Part shown: piece after piece, positions 27,684 to 37,736 of the stretch
Layout: each line of letters starts with the position of its first letter
How positions within the stretch are numbered: position 1 is the stretch's first letter
Notes under the pieces: model-generated
Told to the model about the DNA's origin: nothing
The model's database searches: none
The model's input: the letters and a program-made list of their open reading frames with translations, nothing else
Source of the DNA: an uncultured Klebsiella sp.
Lineage (GTDB): Bacteria; Verrucomicrobiota; Verrucomicrobiia; Limisphaerales; SXTU01
NCBI GenBank assembly: GCA_964578245.1
Contig: CAZOCL010000004.1
Coordinates: forward strand, 39 to 64,038
Length of the DNA stretch: 64,000 nucleotides
Reading direction: 5' to 3'
Made by a program: the position numbers and the translations under genes

Positions 27684-29164
27684 AAAACCGGCAAATCACC
27701 CTGCTCATGCTCAGTGCGCTGAGCGGGTTCATGTTTCTTACCTCGCCGCTGCTCACGGCGGAACTGGATGTGGTGTTTAGCAGCACCGTGCTGTTCATCT
27801 TCTGCCTGGGGCCGCTGTTCTGGTGGATGATCCGCGGCATGAACGGAATGCCTCTGTTCGAAATGTTTGCCGGCATGCACCTGGTTTACTACTGGATGGG
27901 CTTTGGCCGGGACTACGAGACCTCTGATTCGGCCAAGTCCTTCGACAGTGAGCCCATCTGGGTGGTGAGCCTGTTTCTGGCCGCTGGCATAGCGGTTTAC
28001 TATGGCGTGATCGCCCGGCTCCAGCGGGGAAAAACGCTGCGCTGGAAATGGCTGGACATCAGCGTCAGCGAATCGGACAGCGTAATGTGGGCCTGGCTCA
28101 TGACGATCTTGTCCGTCGGGTTCGAGCTTGCAGTGCAGTCCGGCTTCATCTGGCAGCTTGTCTCCTGGAACCTGTTCCGGCCCATCCAGACCACGTTCAG
28201 CGCCTTCGCCATGCTGGGTGTCTTCCGGCTGTCGATCTCCTTGGGCGAAGGGAGCATGCCGCAGGCCCATAAAGGCGCGTTTTTCGCGGCGCTGACCGCC
28301 TTGGCCGCCATTCATACCGTCAGCGGCTACCTGGTGGTCGCGGGCACAATCACCTTGGTGGCGGGCTTCGGCTACATGCTGGGGGCGCGCCGCGTGCCGG
28401 TGCTGGCCTTCGTTCTCTGCCTGTTGATTGGCTCGTTTCTGAATCTCGGCAAACGGGAATGGCGGACCAAGTATTGGGACGACGGTGAGCGCGTCGGGGT
28501 GCTGGTTTCGTTTCAGCAACTGATCACCTTCTCCTGGATCGCGCTGGAGAACCGTCTGGCCGGGGAGCATGCCGTGGAAACCAGCACGGCCACTCTGATC
28601 GAGCGCGCCACGCTTGCGACCTCGCTCCAGCGGATCGCAGCCCTCACGCCGAAGCACATTCCCTACATGCAGGGTGACTCCTACTGGTTTGGCCTCTCCC
28701 TGCTGCTGCCGCAGGCCCTGAGCGAGGAGCGCGGCAATTTCAATGCGGCCATGGCGGACGCGGCGCTGACGTATGGCTTCTTCAATTCGATCGAGGCGGC
28801 GGAAGGCACCAGCATCTCACTGGGGCCCATTTCCGAGGCCTGGATGAACGGCGGGTGGATAACAGTCCTGCTGGCCGGGGGCTTTTTTGGCCTGTTCTTC
28901 GCGTCGGGAGTGGTCATGGCCTGGAACCGTCCGGTCGCTTCGCTCGGCTTTCTCTCCGGCGTGTTCTTTTTTTACACGCTGGTCAACGCCATGGAACTCT
29001 TCGCCGGGTCCACGCTCATGGCCTTCACGCGCACCTACCCGCTGGCCATGCTGGCGCTGGGCCTGCTGGCCTTTTCGCAGCGCATCGCCCAGGGCTCGAT
29101 CCGGCTCAAACGTGCCCCTGTTCCGCGGCCGGCCGTGCCGGCACCGCAGGCAGCCAGCCATTGA
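27680..29164 (+). CDS. polytopic inner-membrane protein of unknown function (Wzy/O-antigen-ligase-like candidate)
   Basis: 494 aa with a TTGA overlap start. At least 10 hydrophobic segments along the whole length; no soluble domain or recognisable catalytic motif. G+C is lower than its neighbours by eye. Confidence 0.45.
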   Translation: MKNRQITLLMLSALSGFMFLTSPLLTAELDVVFSSTVLFIFCLGPLFWWMIRGMNGMPLFEMFAGMHLVYYWMGFGRDYETSDSAKSFDSEPIWVVSLFLAAGIAVYYGVIARLQRGKTLRWKWLDISVSESDSVMWAWLMTILSVGFELAVQSGFIWQLVSWNLFRPIQTTFSAFAMLGVFRLSISLGEGSMPQAHKGAFFAALTALAAIHTVSGYLVVAGTITLVAGFGYMLGARRVPVLAFVLCLLIGSFLNLGKREWRTKYWDDGERVGVLVSFQQLITFSWIALENRLAGEHAVETSTATLIERATLATSLQRIAALTPKHIPYMQGDSYWFGLSLLLPQALSEERGNFNAAMADAALTYGFFNSIEAAEGTSISLGPISEAWMNGGWITVLLAGGFFGLFFASGVVMAWNRPVASLGFLSGVFFFYTLVNAMELFAGSTLMAFTRTYPLAMLALGLLAFSQRIAQGSIRLKRAPVPRPAVPAPQAASH

Positions 29165-29211
29165 TCGGACGGGCACTTCAGTTTGGGTCAGGAACGGTTT
29201 TCAACGCATCC

Positions 29212-30348
29212 GTGAGCGAGGTGTTTCTGTGGGTGCCGGACCTTGATCCCAGCAAGGGCGGGGTGCAGACCTTCTCGCACTTTCTGGGCCGCGCCTTGGG
29301 CGAGTGCGTGCCCGCCCCGGGACTCCGGATAGTGTCCAAGCACGGGTTGTCGGGGGGGGACGGCCCGCCAGTGCGCGGTTTCGGAGGCGTGCCATCCGCG
29401 CTGCGGACGCCGTGGTTCGCCGCCGGATTGCTGGCCTCCGCCCGGCGGCGGCGCGGCGCGGTGGTCATTTCCTCCCACGTCAACTTCCTGCCCATGGCCC
29501 ACCTGCTCAAACGTCTCCGGGGTGTCCGCTACGCGGGCGTGGCCCATGGGGTGGAGGCCTGGGGAAAACTGCCTCCGCGCATCCGCTCCGCCTTGCGCGC
29601 AGCCGACCACGTCTGGTGCGTCAGTCGCCACACCCGCGACCGGGTCGGGGCGGAGCAGGGCATCCCGCCGGAACGGCTGGCCGTGCTGCCCAACACCTTT
29701 GAGAGTGACCGCTTCCTGCCCGGCGAGCGGTCTGCAGAGTTGCTCGCCCGTTATCGCCTGCCGGCGGACGCCAAAATAATCTTCACCTTCGGCCGGCTCG
29801 CCGCCTCGGAGCGCTACAAGGGCTTCGAGCGGATCATCGCCGCACTGCCCCGCATTCAGGCCGCCGTGCCAACAGTTCGCTACGTCATCGGGGGCACGGG
29901 AGACGATCAGCCCCGCCTGGCCGCCGCCGCGCAGGCTGCCGGCGTGACCGATCGCGTGATTTTCACCGGGTTCCTGCCGATGGACGAATTGCGTGCGCAC
30001 TACAATCTCTGCGATGTCTTCGCCATGCCGAGCACAGGGGAGGGCTTCGGCATCGTGTTCCTCGAAGCGCTTGCGTGCGGCAAGCCCGTCCTGGCCGGCA
30101 ACGTGGACGGCTCCACGGAACCGCTGGCGGACGGTCGTTTCGGCGCGCTGGTGAATCCGCTCGAGGTTGAGCAACTGGCCGGCACGCTCACGCAGATACT
30201 TCAGCGTCGTTACGCGCATCCTCTGATGTGGCAGCCGGACGAATTGCGCCGCCAGGTCGTGGCTGAATTCGGCTTCGACCGCTTCGCCGCCATTGTGAAG
30301 GCGCACTTCCAACGCCTGCTGTCACCGGTGCCGGGGCTTCCCCGTTAG
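29212..30348 (+). CDS. glycosyltransferase family 4
   Basis: GTG 29212 (VSEVFLWVPDLDPSKGGVQTF) is chosen; TTG 29161 (TTGA overlap) is an alternative. CDVFAMPSTGEGFGIVFLEALACGKPVLAGNVDGSTE. Confidence 0.8.
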   Translation: MSEVFLWVPDLDPSKGGVQTFSHFLGRALGECVPAPGLRIVSKHGLSGGDGPPVRGFGGVPSALRTPWFAAGLLASARRRRGAVVISSHVNFLPMAHLLKRLRGVRYAGVAHGVEAWGKLPPRIRSALRAADHVWCVSRHTRDRVGAEQGIPPERLAVLPNTFESDRFLPGERSAELLARYRLPADAKIIFTFGRLAASERYKGFERIIAALPRIQAAVPTVRYVIGGTGDDQPRLAAAAQAAGVTDRVIFTGFLPMDELRAHYNLCDVFAMPSTGEGFGIVFLEALACGKPVLAGNVDGSTEPLADGRFGALVNPLEVEQLAGTLTQILQRRYAHPLMWQPDELRRQVVAEFGFDRFAAIVKAHFQRLLSPVPGLPR

Positions 30349-30353
30349 ACGTC

Positions 30354-32156
30354 ATGTGCGGCATTGCTGGAATCCTCAGCGCTGAGCGCCTGCCCGAGCT
30401 GGCCGCCGGTCCAGTGCCGGCCATGCTGCGGGCGTTGCGCCATCGCGGACCGGATGACGAAGGGATGTTCCGTTCGCCCGGTGGCCAGGCGGCCTTGGCG
30501 CATGCCCGGCTCTCCATCCTGGATCTTAGTCCTGCTGGTCATCAGCCGATGAGCACGCCGGACGGGCGGCTCACCATCGTTTTCAACGGCGAGATCTACA
30601 ATTTTCAAGAGCTGCGCCGCTCGCTGAGCGCGCGGGGGGCCGTCTTCCGTTCACACTCGGACACCGAAGTCATTCTGCGCGCCTACGAACACGACGGCCC
30701 GGCCTGCGTGGAACAGTTTCGCGGGATGTTCGCCTTCGCGCTCTGGGACGAACGGGACCAAAGCTGCTTGCTGGCGCGTGACCCGTTTGGCATCAAGCCG
30801 CTCTACTACCACACCGCCGGGGGACGCCTGGTGTTCGCCTCCGAACTCCGGGCACTGCTTGCCTCCGGGCTGGTGGAGCGCTCGGTGGATGCGCGCGGGC
30901 TGCACGGCTATTTCCGCACCGGCTCGGTGCCGGAGCCGCACACGTTGGTGAAGGACGTGCGCGGGTTGCCCGCCGGTCACATAGCTATCTGGCGCGCGGG
31001 CCGATTCGAGTCGCGGCCCTATTGGTCGCTCCGTTTCACCCCCGAGGCCGTGCCGGAAGCCGACGCCGTGCGTGACATCCGCCGCGCGCTGCTGGACTCG
31101 GTGGAGCACCATTTCGTCAGCGACGTGCCCGTAGGTGTCTTTCTCAGCGGCGGCATTGACTCGACGGCCCTGGTCGCCCTGGCCCGCACGGTGGGGCGGC
31201 ATGATCTCCACACCTACTCCATTACGTTCCCGGGTCTGGCGGCGGACGAGGGCGCGCTCGCGCGCCGCACGGCGGAGCACTTCGGGACACGCCACGAGGA
31301 GTGGCCGCTGGACGCGACCATCGGACGCGACCTGTTCGGCCAGTTTCTCCGATCGATGGATCAGCCGAGCATTGACGGGCTGAACACCTTCACGGTGTCC
31401 AAGTTCGCCCACGACCGGGGCATGAAGGTCGTGCTCTCCGGGCTGGGTGGCGATGAACTCTTTGGCGGCTACAAGTCCTTCCGGGAAGTGCCCCGGCTGG
31501 CGCGCTGGAACCGACGGCTGCGCTGGACCGGTCCCCTGCGGCTGGCGGCGCAGGCGGTGCTGCGGCGCTCCCAGCGCCCGCCCATGCGCCGGCTCGGCGA
31601 ACTGCTTGGCCAGCCCGCGCGGCTGGACACGGCCTACGCCGCCTTGCGCGGCACTTTCACCGCCACCGAGGCGGCGGTGCTGACCCGGCACTACACCGGT
31701 GCGGCTCTGGCCGACGAGCTGCCCGAGGAGGAACTCACCGGCGATCCCACCCCCGAAGACACCGTGAGCCGCCTGGAGCTGACGCGCTACATGCGCAATC
31801 AGTTGCTCCGGGACAGCGACGTGATGAGCATGGCCCACGGTCTCGAACTCCGCGTGCCCTTCCTCGACCGCACGGTGGCTGACACGCTCACCCGCATCCC
31901 GGCGGCGCTCCGGCTGCGGGCGGGCAAACAGTTTCTCCTCCAAGCCGTGCCCGAGGTGCCGGACTGGATCGCGCACCAGCCCAAGCGCGGTTTCCTCTTC
32001 CCCTTTGATCTGTGGCTGGGAGCGGAATGGAGTGAAGTTTTCGGCACGCTGGATCGCACCTGTCCGGTGCCGACGCAGAACTGGTATCGCAAGTGGGCCG
32101 TGTTCGTCTTTGAACACTGGCAGCGAACCGTGCTCGCTCCGGGACCGGGGACCTGA
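30354..32156 (+). CDS. asnB: asparagine synthase (glutamine-hydrolysing) family amidotransferase (WbpS-like context)
   Basis: MCGIAG N-terminal nucleophile, FNGEIYNF, and the SGGIDS PP-loop (VFLSGGIDST). 600 aa. Confidence 0.85.
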   Translation: MCGIAGILSAERLPELAAGPVPAMLRALRHRGPDDEGMFRSPGGQAALAHARLSILDLSPAGHQPMSTPDGRLTIVFNGEIYNFQELRRSLSARGAVFRSHSDTEVILRAYEHDGPACVEQFRGMFAFALWDERDQSCLLARDPFGIKPLYYHTAGGRLVFASELRALLASGLVERSVDARGLHGYFRTGSVPEPHTLVKDVRGLPAGHIAIWRAGRFESRPYWSLRFTPEAVPEADAVRDIRRALLDSVEHHFVSDVPVGVFLSGGIDSTALVALARTVGRHDLHTYSITFPGLAADEGALARRTAEHFGTRHEEWPLDATIGRDLFGQFLRSMDQPSIDGLNTFTVSKFAHDRGMKVVLSGLGGDELFGGYKSFREVPRLARWNRRLRWTGPLRLAAQAVLRRSQRPPMRRLGELLGQPARLDTAYAALRGTFTATEAAVLTRHYTGAALADELPEEELTGDPTPEDTVSRLELTRYMRNQLLRDSDVMSMAHGLELRVPFLDRTVADTLTRIPAALRLRAGKQFLLQAVPEVPDWIAHQPKRGFLFPFDLWLGAEWSEVFGTLDRTCPVPTQNWYRKWAVFVFEHWQRTVLAPGPGT

Positions 32157-32183
32157 CGCCCGCGTCGCTGTTCACATCCGTAA

Positions 32184-33263
32184 ATGCCCGCTCAACCAGA
32201 ACCTTCAGGAGCTGCCCAGCCGCCCGACACGGAGCGGATCAATGGGTTGGATTCCATCCGCGGCCTGTGCGCGATCTGGGTGGCCTTCAGTCACCTCGGC
32301 TTCTTTCCCGAGCTGGCCCAGGCCTTTGACAAATCTTCCCCGGTGGGGTTGATCGCCCGGGGCGTGCTCGGCAACCTCTTCTCCGGCCAGCCGGCGGTGA
32401 TCGTGTTCTTCATCATCTCGGGATTCTGCATTCACTATCCCCATGCCCACCGGCCGGCGATGCCCGGGGCCGCATTCCTGGCCCGGCGACTGGTCCGGAT
32501 TGGCGTGCCCTTTGCCGGGGCCTGGCTGCTGCTGCGGGCGCTGGCACCGGCCAGCCAGGGGCTGGCCCTCGTGCAATGGAGCCTGATCGCCGAGGTGATC
32601 TATTACCTCCTGTATCCGCTCCTGTTCCGCCTCCGTCGGCTGGCAGATTGGCGCGTGTGGATCGGGGTCACGGGGCTGGCCGCGATTGGCATTGCCGCCA
32701 CCCAGCCGGAAGCCCGGTATTTTTGGATCTTTGGGCCGGAACTGACCTGGGCCATCGGTCTGCCCCATTGGCTGGTGGGCTGCTGGCTGGCCGAATGCGT
32801 GCGCGGGCGGACCCTCCCGGCCGTCTCACCCGCGCGAATTTGGACGCTGCGCCTGCTCGTCTGGTTCGGGGCTTCTGCGGCCTCCGTGGTGCAATTCCGG
32901 CTCGGGATCGGCTACCCATGGACGATGCTGGTCTTCACGCCGCTGGCCGCCGCCTGGGTTCATGCGGAGATTTGCTGGCACGCCACCCACGCGCCCGTGC
33001 GGCTGCTGGAATGGTTCGGTGCCTGGAGTTACTCACTCTACCTGCTGCATCTGGCGGGACCGGATCTGCTGCAGCGGTGGGGCCTCGCCCACGGCGTCGC
33101 CGATGGAACCGTCTGGTGGCTGGTGAATTTAAGCGGGGCACTGACCATTTGTTTCACCTTTCATCTGCTTGTGGAAAAGCCCTCCCACCGTCTGGCCCGC
33201 TGGGTCGGCAGACGTCTGGCCCGCCGACCTCTGCCGGTCGTCGTCGGCACGCCGGCGAGTTGA
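32184..33263 (+). CDS. acyltransferase family 3 (AT3)
   Basis: INGLDSIRGLCAIWVAFSHLGF...FFIISGFCIH, multi-TM. Confidence 0.8.
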   Translation: MPAQPEPSGAAQPPDTERINGLDSIRGLCAIWVAFSHLGFFPELAQAFDKSSPVGLIARGVLGNLFSGQPAVIVFFIISGFCIHYPHAHRPAMPGAAFLARRLVRIGVPFAGAWLLLRALAPASQGLALVQWSLIAEVIYYLLYPLLFRLRRLADWRVWIGVTGLAAIGIAATQPEARYFWIFGPELTWAIGLPHWLVGCWLAECVRGRTLPAVSPARIWTLRLLVWFGASAASVVQFRLGIGYPWTMLVFTPLAAAWVHAEICWHATHAPVRLLEWFGAWSYSLYLLHLAGPDLLQRWGLAHGVADGTVWWLVNLSGALTICFTFHLLVEKPSHRLARWVGRRLARRPLPVVVGTPAS

Positions 33264-33400
33264 AGTGGCAAGCATGGTGAACCCGTTGCGTCCCACGGCA
33301 CCTGCCGGCGCAAGCTGGAGCCGGAAAAATCCCCGTTGACCACCGCGCCCGCTGTCCCCACTTTTTACGCGTCGGCAGTATCGTGCGCGACGCATCCATC

Positions 33401-34507
33401 ATGGCCGAACCCATAGTCACTCCTGCCGCCCCGCCGCGTTCCCGTCGCCGTCTCTTCATCATCCTGGCGGTCAGCCTGCCCTTTCTGCTGCTCGTGCTCC
33501 TGCTGGCGGCGGGCGAGATCGCCGGCCGGGTGGTGATGTATAGGAAACATGGCGTCCCGGGCAAATCGTATGGGCTTTACCAAGGTGATCCCGAGCTGGG
33601 GGCCACGCACGCTCCGAACCGGTATAATTCGAACACCATCCTCAACAATTGGGGCTTCCGAAACCGGGAAGACGTGGCGGCCACCAAGCCCCCGGGGGGC
33701 ACGCGGGTCTATTGCTCCGGCGGCTCCACCACCTTCTGCTACAATCTCGACACCGACCACGCCTGGCCGAGTGTGTTGCAAGACAAACTGCGGAAGGTCC
33801 CGGGCCACGAACACGACGAAGTGCTCAATGCCGGCCAGATTTGCTGGTCGCTCTGCCATGAATACGTGCTGGCCAAACGCCTCCTGCCCCAGCTCAAGCC
33901 GGACTACGTCATATTGTTCACCGGGGTCAACGAAGGCATGTCTGCCGAGCAATTCTCCCGGAAGGATCCCGGCTTGCTCGACCGCCTGCTGGCCGAGCAA
34001 CGCTGGGGTGAGGTGGCCAAGGATCTGGACCAGGCGCGTTTTCTCAAGCGGCACAGCGCGCTCATGCGCCTCTGGGACTACCGGCTCAAGAGCTGGTTCG
34101 CGCCCCAATTGACGGCGGAGTATCGCGAGCCGGAGATCAAGGAGCGGCCCAATAGTTATCCTTCCATGCACCCTTACGTCATGGCCAATCTCGATCACAC
34201 CTTGCGCGACTACCTGAAGTTCATCCGCGCGCAGGGGGCCACGCCCATCATCCTCCGCTTTGGGGACAACGGCACGGACGCCTGGTATATGCGCTACGGC
34301 ACGCGGGTGTGGCGCGACCGCGCCGTGGAAATCGGCCGGGAGGAAGGCGCACTGATCTGCGACGCGGTTCCGACTTTTGAGCAGCATCCGAAGCGCATGG
34401 ACTGCTTCATTTCGTCCGGTGTCCATGTGACGGAACTGGGGGCCGAAGTGCTCGCCGACGAACTGAAGAAGACCCTGCTGGAGGCCGCCCGTCCCCCGGC
34501 CAAATAG
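33401..34507 (+). CDS. SGNH/GDSL-type hydrolase family protein with N-terminal TM anchor
   Basis: ATG 33401; GTG 33383 is an alternative. A TM helix (LFIILAVSLPFLLLVLLLAAG) is followed by RVYCSGGSTTF (block I Ser), VLNAGQ and VILFTGVNE. Confidence 0.6.
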   Translation: MAEPIVTPAAPPRSRRRLFIILAVSLPFLLLVLLLAAGEIAGRVVMYRKHGVPGKSYGLYQGDPELGATHAPNRYNSNTILNNWGFRNREDVAATKPPGGTRVYCSGGSTTFCYNLDTDHAWPSVLQDKLRKVPGHEHDEVLNAGQICWSLCHEYVLAKRLLPQLKPDYVILFTGVNEGMSAEQFSRKDPGLLDRLLAEQRWGEVAKDLDQARFLKRHSALMRLWDYRLKSWFAPQLTAEYREPEIKERPNSYPSMHPYVMANLDHTLRDYLKFIRAQGATPIILRFGDNGTDAWYMRYGTRVWRDRAVEIGREEGALICDAVPTFEQHPKRMDCFISSGVHVTELGAEVLADELKKTLLEAARPPAK

Positions 34508-34522
34508 CGTTCCCGATCCCAC

Positions 34523-36367
34523 ATGCCCTCCATCCTCGGCCTCTCCGCCTTCTACCACGACAGCGCCGCTGCGCTCGTCGTGAATGGTGACCTTGTCGCC
34601 GCCGCGCAGGAGGAACGCTTCACGCGCATCAAGCACGACCACGAGTTCCCCACGCATGCCGTGGACTACTGCCTCAAGGAGGCCGGCCTGACCCCGGAGC
34701 AGCTCGACTACGTCGTCTTCTACGACAAGCCGCTCCAGAAATTCGACCGCCTGCTGGAGACCTACCTCGCCTTCGCGCCGCAGGGCTTCCAGTCCTTCCT
34801 CATGGCGATGCCGCTGTGGCTCAAGACCAAGCTGCACCTGCCGCGCGAGATCCGGAAGGCGCTCGGCGGGCGCTACACCAAGCGCATCGCCTTCACCGGT
34901 CACCACGAGTCCCACGCGGCCAGCACCTTTTTCCCGTCGCGTTATGACGAGGCCGCGATCCTCACTCTGGACGGCGTGGGCGAATGGGACACCGCCACCA
35001 TTGGCCACGGCCAGGGCAACAAGATCAAGATCCTCAAGACCCTGCACTTCCCTCATTCGCTCGGCCTGCTCTACAGCGCCATCACCTACTTCTGCGGCTT
35101 CAAGGTGAACTCGGGCGAATACAAGGTCATGGGCCTCGCCCCCTACGGTGAGCCGCGCTACGTGGACACCATTCTCAAGCACCTCGTGGACGTGAAGCCC
35201 GATGGCTCGCTCGCGATGGACATGAGCTATTTCAATTACTGCCAGGGGCTCACGATGACGAACGACAAGTTCGCCTCGCTCTTCGGCGGCCCGGCCCGCA
35301 ACCCCGAGACCGCCATCACCCAGCGCGAGATGGACATCGCCGCCTCGGTGCAAAAAGTGACGGAAGATGTTGTCCTGCGCATGGCCCGGCACGCGAAGGA
35401 ACTCACGGGCAGCAAGAACCTCTGTCTCGCCGGCGGTGTGGCGCTCAACTGCGTGGCCAACGGGAAACTCCTCCGCGCGGGCATCTTCGACGATGTCTTC
35501 GCCACGCCCGCCTCCGGCGACGCCGGTGGCGCACTCGGGGCGGCGCTCTTCGTGCACCATCAACTCCTCGACCAGCCGCGCTCCCCCCAGGGCAAAGATT
35601 CGCTCAAGGGTTCGCTGCTCGGCCCGAAATACTCGAATCCGGAAATCCGTGCCTTCCTCGACAGCAAGCAGGTGCGTTACACGTTCTACGAGCAGGAGCC
35701 CGCCTTGCTCGAAGCCGTGGCCGGGGAGATGGCCTCGGAGAAAGTCATCGGCTGGTTCAGCGGCCGCATGGAGTTTGGCCCGCGAGCGCTGGGTGCGCGC
35801 AGCATCATCGGCGACCCGCGCAGCCCGGCGATGCAGTCCCAGATGAACCTGCGCATCAAGTTCCGCGAGAGCTTCCGGCCCTTCGCCCCATGCGTGCTCA
35901 TCGAGGACGTGCAGAAGTATTTCGATCACGACCGCGAGTCGCCCTACATGCTGATGGTGGCCGACGTGAAAAAGGACCAGTGGCTGCCGCTCACGCCGGA
36001 ACAGGTGCAGTTGATGAAGGACCCTGACCTGCGCAAGCGCGTGAATGTCCCGCGCTCGACGCTTCCGGCCATCACGCATGTGGACATGAGTGCGCGCATC
36101 CAGACGGTGGACGAGGAGCGGCACGGGCGCTACTGGCGGCTGATGAAGGAGTTCAAACGCCAGACCGGCTGCGGCGTCATCATCAACACCAGCTTCAACA
36201 TCCGCGGCGAGCCCATCGTCTGCACTCCTGAGGACGCCTACCGCTGTTTCATGGCGTCGGACATGGACGTGCTGGTGCTGGAGAACTGCGTGTTGCGCCG
36301 CACCGAGCAGCCGCAGCAGGACGAGTCCGTGCGGAAGAAATACATTGAGAGCTTCAAGCTGGACTAG
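34523..36367 (+). CDS. carbamoyltransferase (NodU/CmcH family)
   Basis: MPSILGLSAFYHDSAAALVVNGDLVAAAQEERFTRIKHD...LAGGVALNCVANG...INTSFNIRGEPIV. 614 aa. Confidence 0.9.
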   Translation: MPSILGLSAFYHDSAAALVVNGDLVAAAQEERFTRIKHDHEFPTHAVDYCLKEAGLTPEQLDYVVFYDKPLQKFDRLLETYLAFAPQGFQSFLMAMPLWLKTKLHLPREIRKALGGRYTKRIAFTGHHESHAASTFFPSRYDEAAILTLDGVGEWDTATIGHGQGNKIKILKTLHFPHSLGLLYSAITYFCGFKVNSGEYKVMGLAPYGEPRYVDTILKHLVDVKPDGSLAMDMSYFNYCQGLTMTNDKFASLFGGPARNPETAITQREMDIAASVQKVTEDVVLRMARHAKELTGSKNLCLAGGVALNCVANGKLLRAGIFDDVFATPASGDAGGALGAALFVHHQLLDQPRSPQGKDSLKGSLLGPKYSNPEIRAFLDSKQVRYTFYEQEPALLEAVAGEMASEKVIGWFSGRMEFGPRALGARSIIGDPRSPAMQSQMNLRIKFRESFRPFAPCVLIEDVQKYFDHDRESPYMLMVADVKKDQWLPLTPEQVQLMKDPDLRKRVNVPRSTLPAITHVDMSARIQTVDEERHGRYWRLMKEFKRQTGCGVIINTSFNIRGEPIVCTPEDAYRCFMASDMDVLVLENCVLRRTEQPQQDESVRKKYIESFKLD

Positions 36368-36408
36368 CCAGGTCCAGGCGGAGCCTCAGCCGCCACCGTT
36401 GCCTCCTG

Positions 36409-37617
36409 ATGCCCCAGCCGGACGAACACCCTGCGGAGCAGATGTCCGAACCGGAATGCACCCGTTCATCAAGCCCACCTCTGCCGGCGTTGGACGGTTT
36501 GCGCGGGATCGCCGTCCTGATAGTGTTGGTCTTTCACGTCCTGATCCGGCTGCCGGCGCGCGAGCCGGGGAGCGCCGCGCTGGCCGCCGGTTTCCAGTTC
36601 GGCTGGCTCGGGGTGGACATCTTCTTCGTGCTGTCCGGGTTTCTGATCACCCGCATTCTCCTGGCCGCCCGCGAGACCCCGGACCGGTTCAAGAACTTCT
36701 ACGCGCGCCGGTTCCTGCGGATCATCCCGCCCTATTACTTGCTGCTGACGGTCGTGTTTGTGGTTTTGCCGCTGTTCGTCGAGTTCGACACGGAGGGGGT
36801 GAAGCGAATCCAACGGAACCAGGCCTGGTTCTGGACGCACCTGACGAACCTTGGGTTTGTGTGGCATCGACAGGTGTGGGCCTCCGCCGACTGGCTGGTG
36901 ATGGATCATCTGTGGTCCCTGGCGGTGGAAGAGCAATTCTATTTGGTCTGGCCGTTCGCGGTATTCTTCCTGCCCGGTCCTCGGCTCAAACACCTATGCT
37001 ACGCCTGCCTGGTATTTTCGCCCGTGCTGCGCTGCGTCCTCTGGCTGATGGACATGCGGAACGGCGCGCTCTATCTGCCCACCCCCTGCCGGCTGGACGG
37101 GCTGGCAATGGGCGCGCTCGTGGCGGTGCTGGCGCTGGAGCCGGGCGGACTTGTCCGCGTCCAGATGCGGTTTGCGCGGCTCGGCATCGTCGCCACCCTG
37201 CTCCTGGCGGGACTGACAGGCTGGCGGAGCGGCCTGAGGCTCACCGATTCGCCCACGGTGGTGTTCGCCCCGGCCCTCATCAATGTTATCGCGGCCGCCA
37301 TCATCGTGCAGGTGGTGACTGCGGCGGGACGTTTCTGGCCGGGACTGCTGAGCCTGTCGTGCCTGCGCTCCTTCGGACGTTACAGCTACGCTCTGTATTT
37401 GTTCCATGCCCTGCTGCTCTACCCACTCCGGAAGTTCATGCCGCCTCGCTTGCTGATCGAGGCCACGGGCAGCGAACTGGCGGCCAATCTTGCCTTTCTG
37501 GCGGTTTTCCTGGCGGTAAGTTTCGCCCTGGCCTGGCTGTCCTGGCACGCCTTCGAGCAGCATTGGCTCAAGTTGAAGCGCCACTTTGTGGTGCGACCTC
37601 CGCCAGTGCAGGCCTGA
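36409..37617 (+). CDS. acyltransferase family 3 (AT3)
   Basis: LPALDGLRGIAVLIVLVFH...FFVLSGFLITRIL...WSLAVEEQFY, multi-TM. Confidence 0.85.
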   Translation: MPQPDEHPAEQMSEPECTRSSSPPLPALDGLRGIAVLIVLVFHVLIRLPAREPGSAALAAGFQFGWLGVDIFFVLSGFLITRILLAARETPDRFKNFYARRFLRIIPPYYLLLTVVFVVLPLFVEFDTEGVKRIQRNQAWFWTHLTNLGFVWHRQVWASADWLVMDHLWSLAVEEQFYLVWPFAVFFLPGPRLKHLCYACLVFSPVLRCVLWLMDMRNGALYLPTPCRLDGLAMGALVAVLALEPGGLVRVQMRFARLGIVATLLLAGLTGWRSGLRLTDSPTVVFAPALINVIAAAIIVQVVTAAGRFWPGLLSLSCLRSFGRYSYALYLFHALLLYPLRKFMPPRLLIEATGSELAANLAFLAVFLAVSFALAWLSWHAFEQHWLKLKRHFVVRPPPVQA

Positions 37618-37736
37618 TCATGCCCATGGACGCGGCTCCATCCTTGGCGCTAAGCTCGACCGGCTGCGGCCCCGGAAGCAATCAACGCGAGTCCGCCAGC
37701 CACAAACGAACCAGCGCCCTGCGCCAACTGAACTAA

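Noticed and set aside
33365-36124. 919-aa minus-strand ORF, the longest ORF in the track
   Set aside because: It is antisense to the SGNH hydrolase and carbamoyltransferase genes, which have strong family motifs. Its translation is Arg/Ala/Gly/His-rich with no recognisable motif. Long antisense ORFs are expected at this G+C.
36345-37736. 463-aa alternative-frame ORF overlapping the AT3 gene 36409-37617
   Set aside because: The AT3 frame has the family motifs and TM helices. The alternative frame is Arg/Gly/Pro/Ala-rich low complexity.
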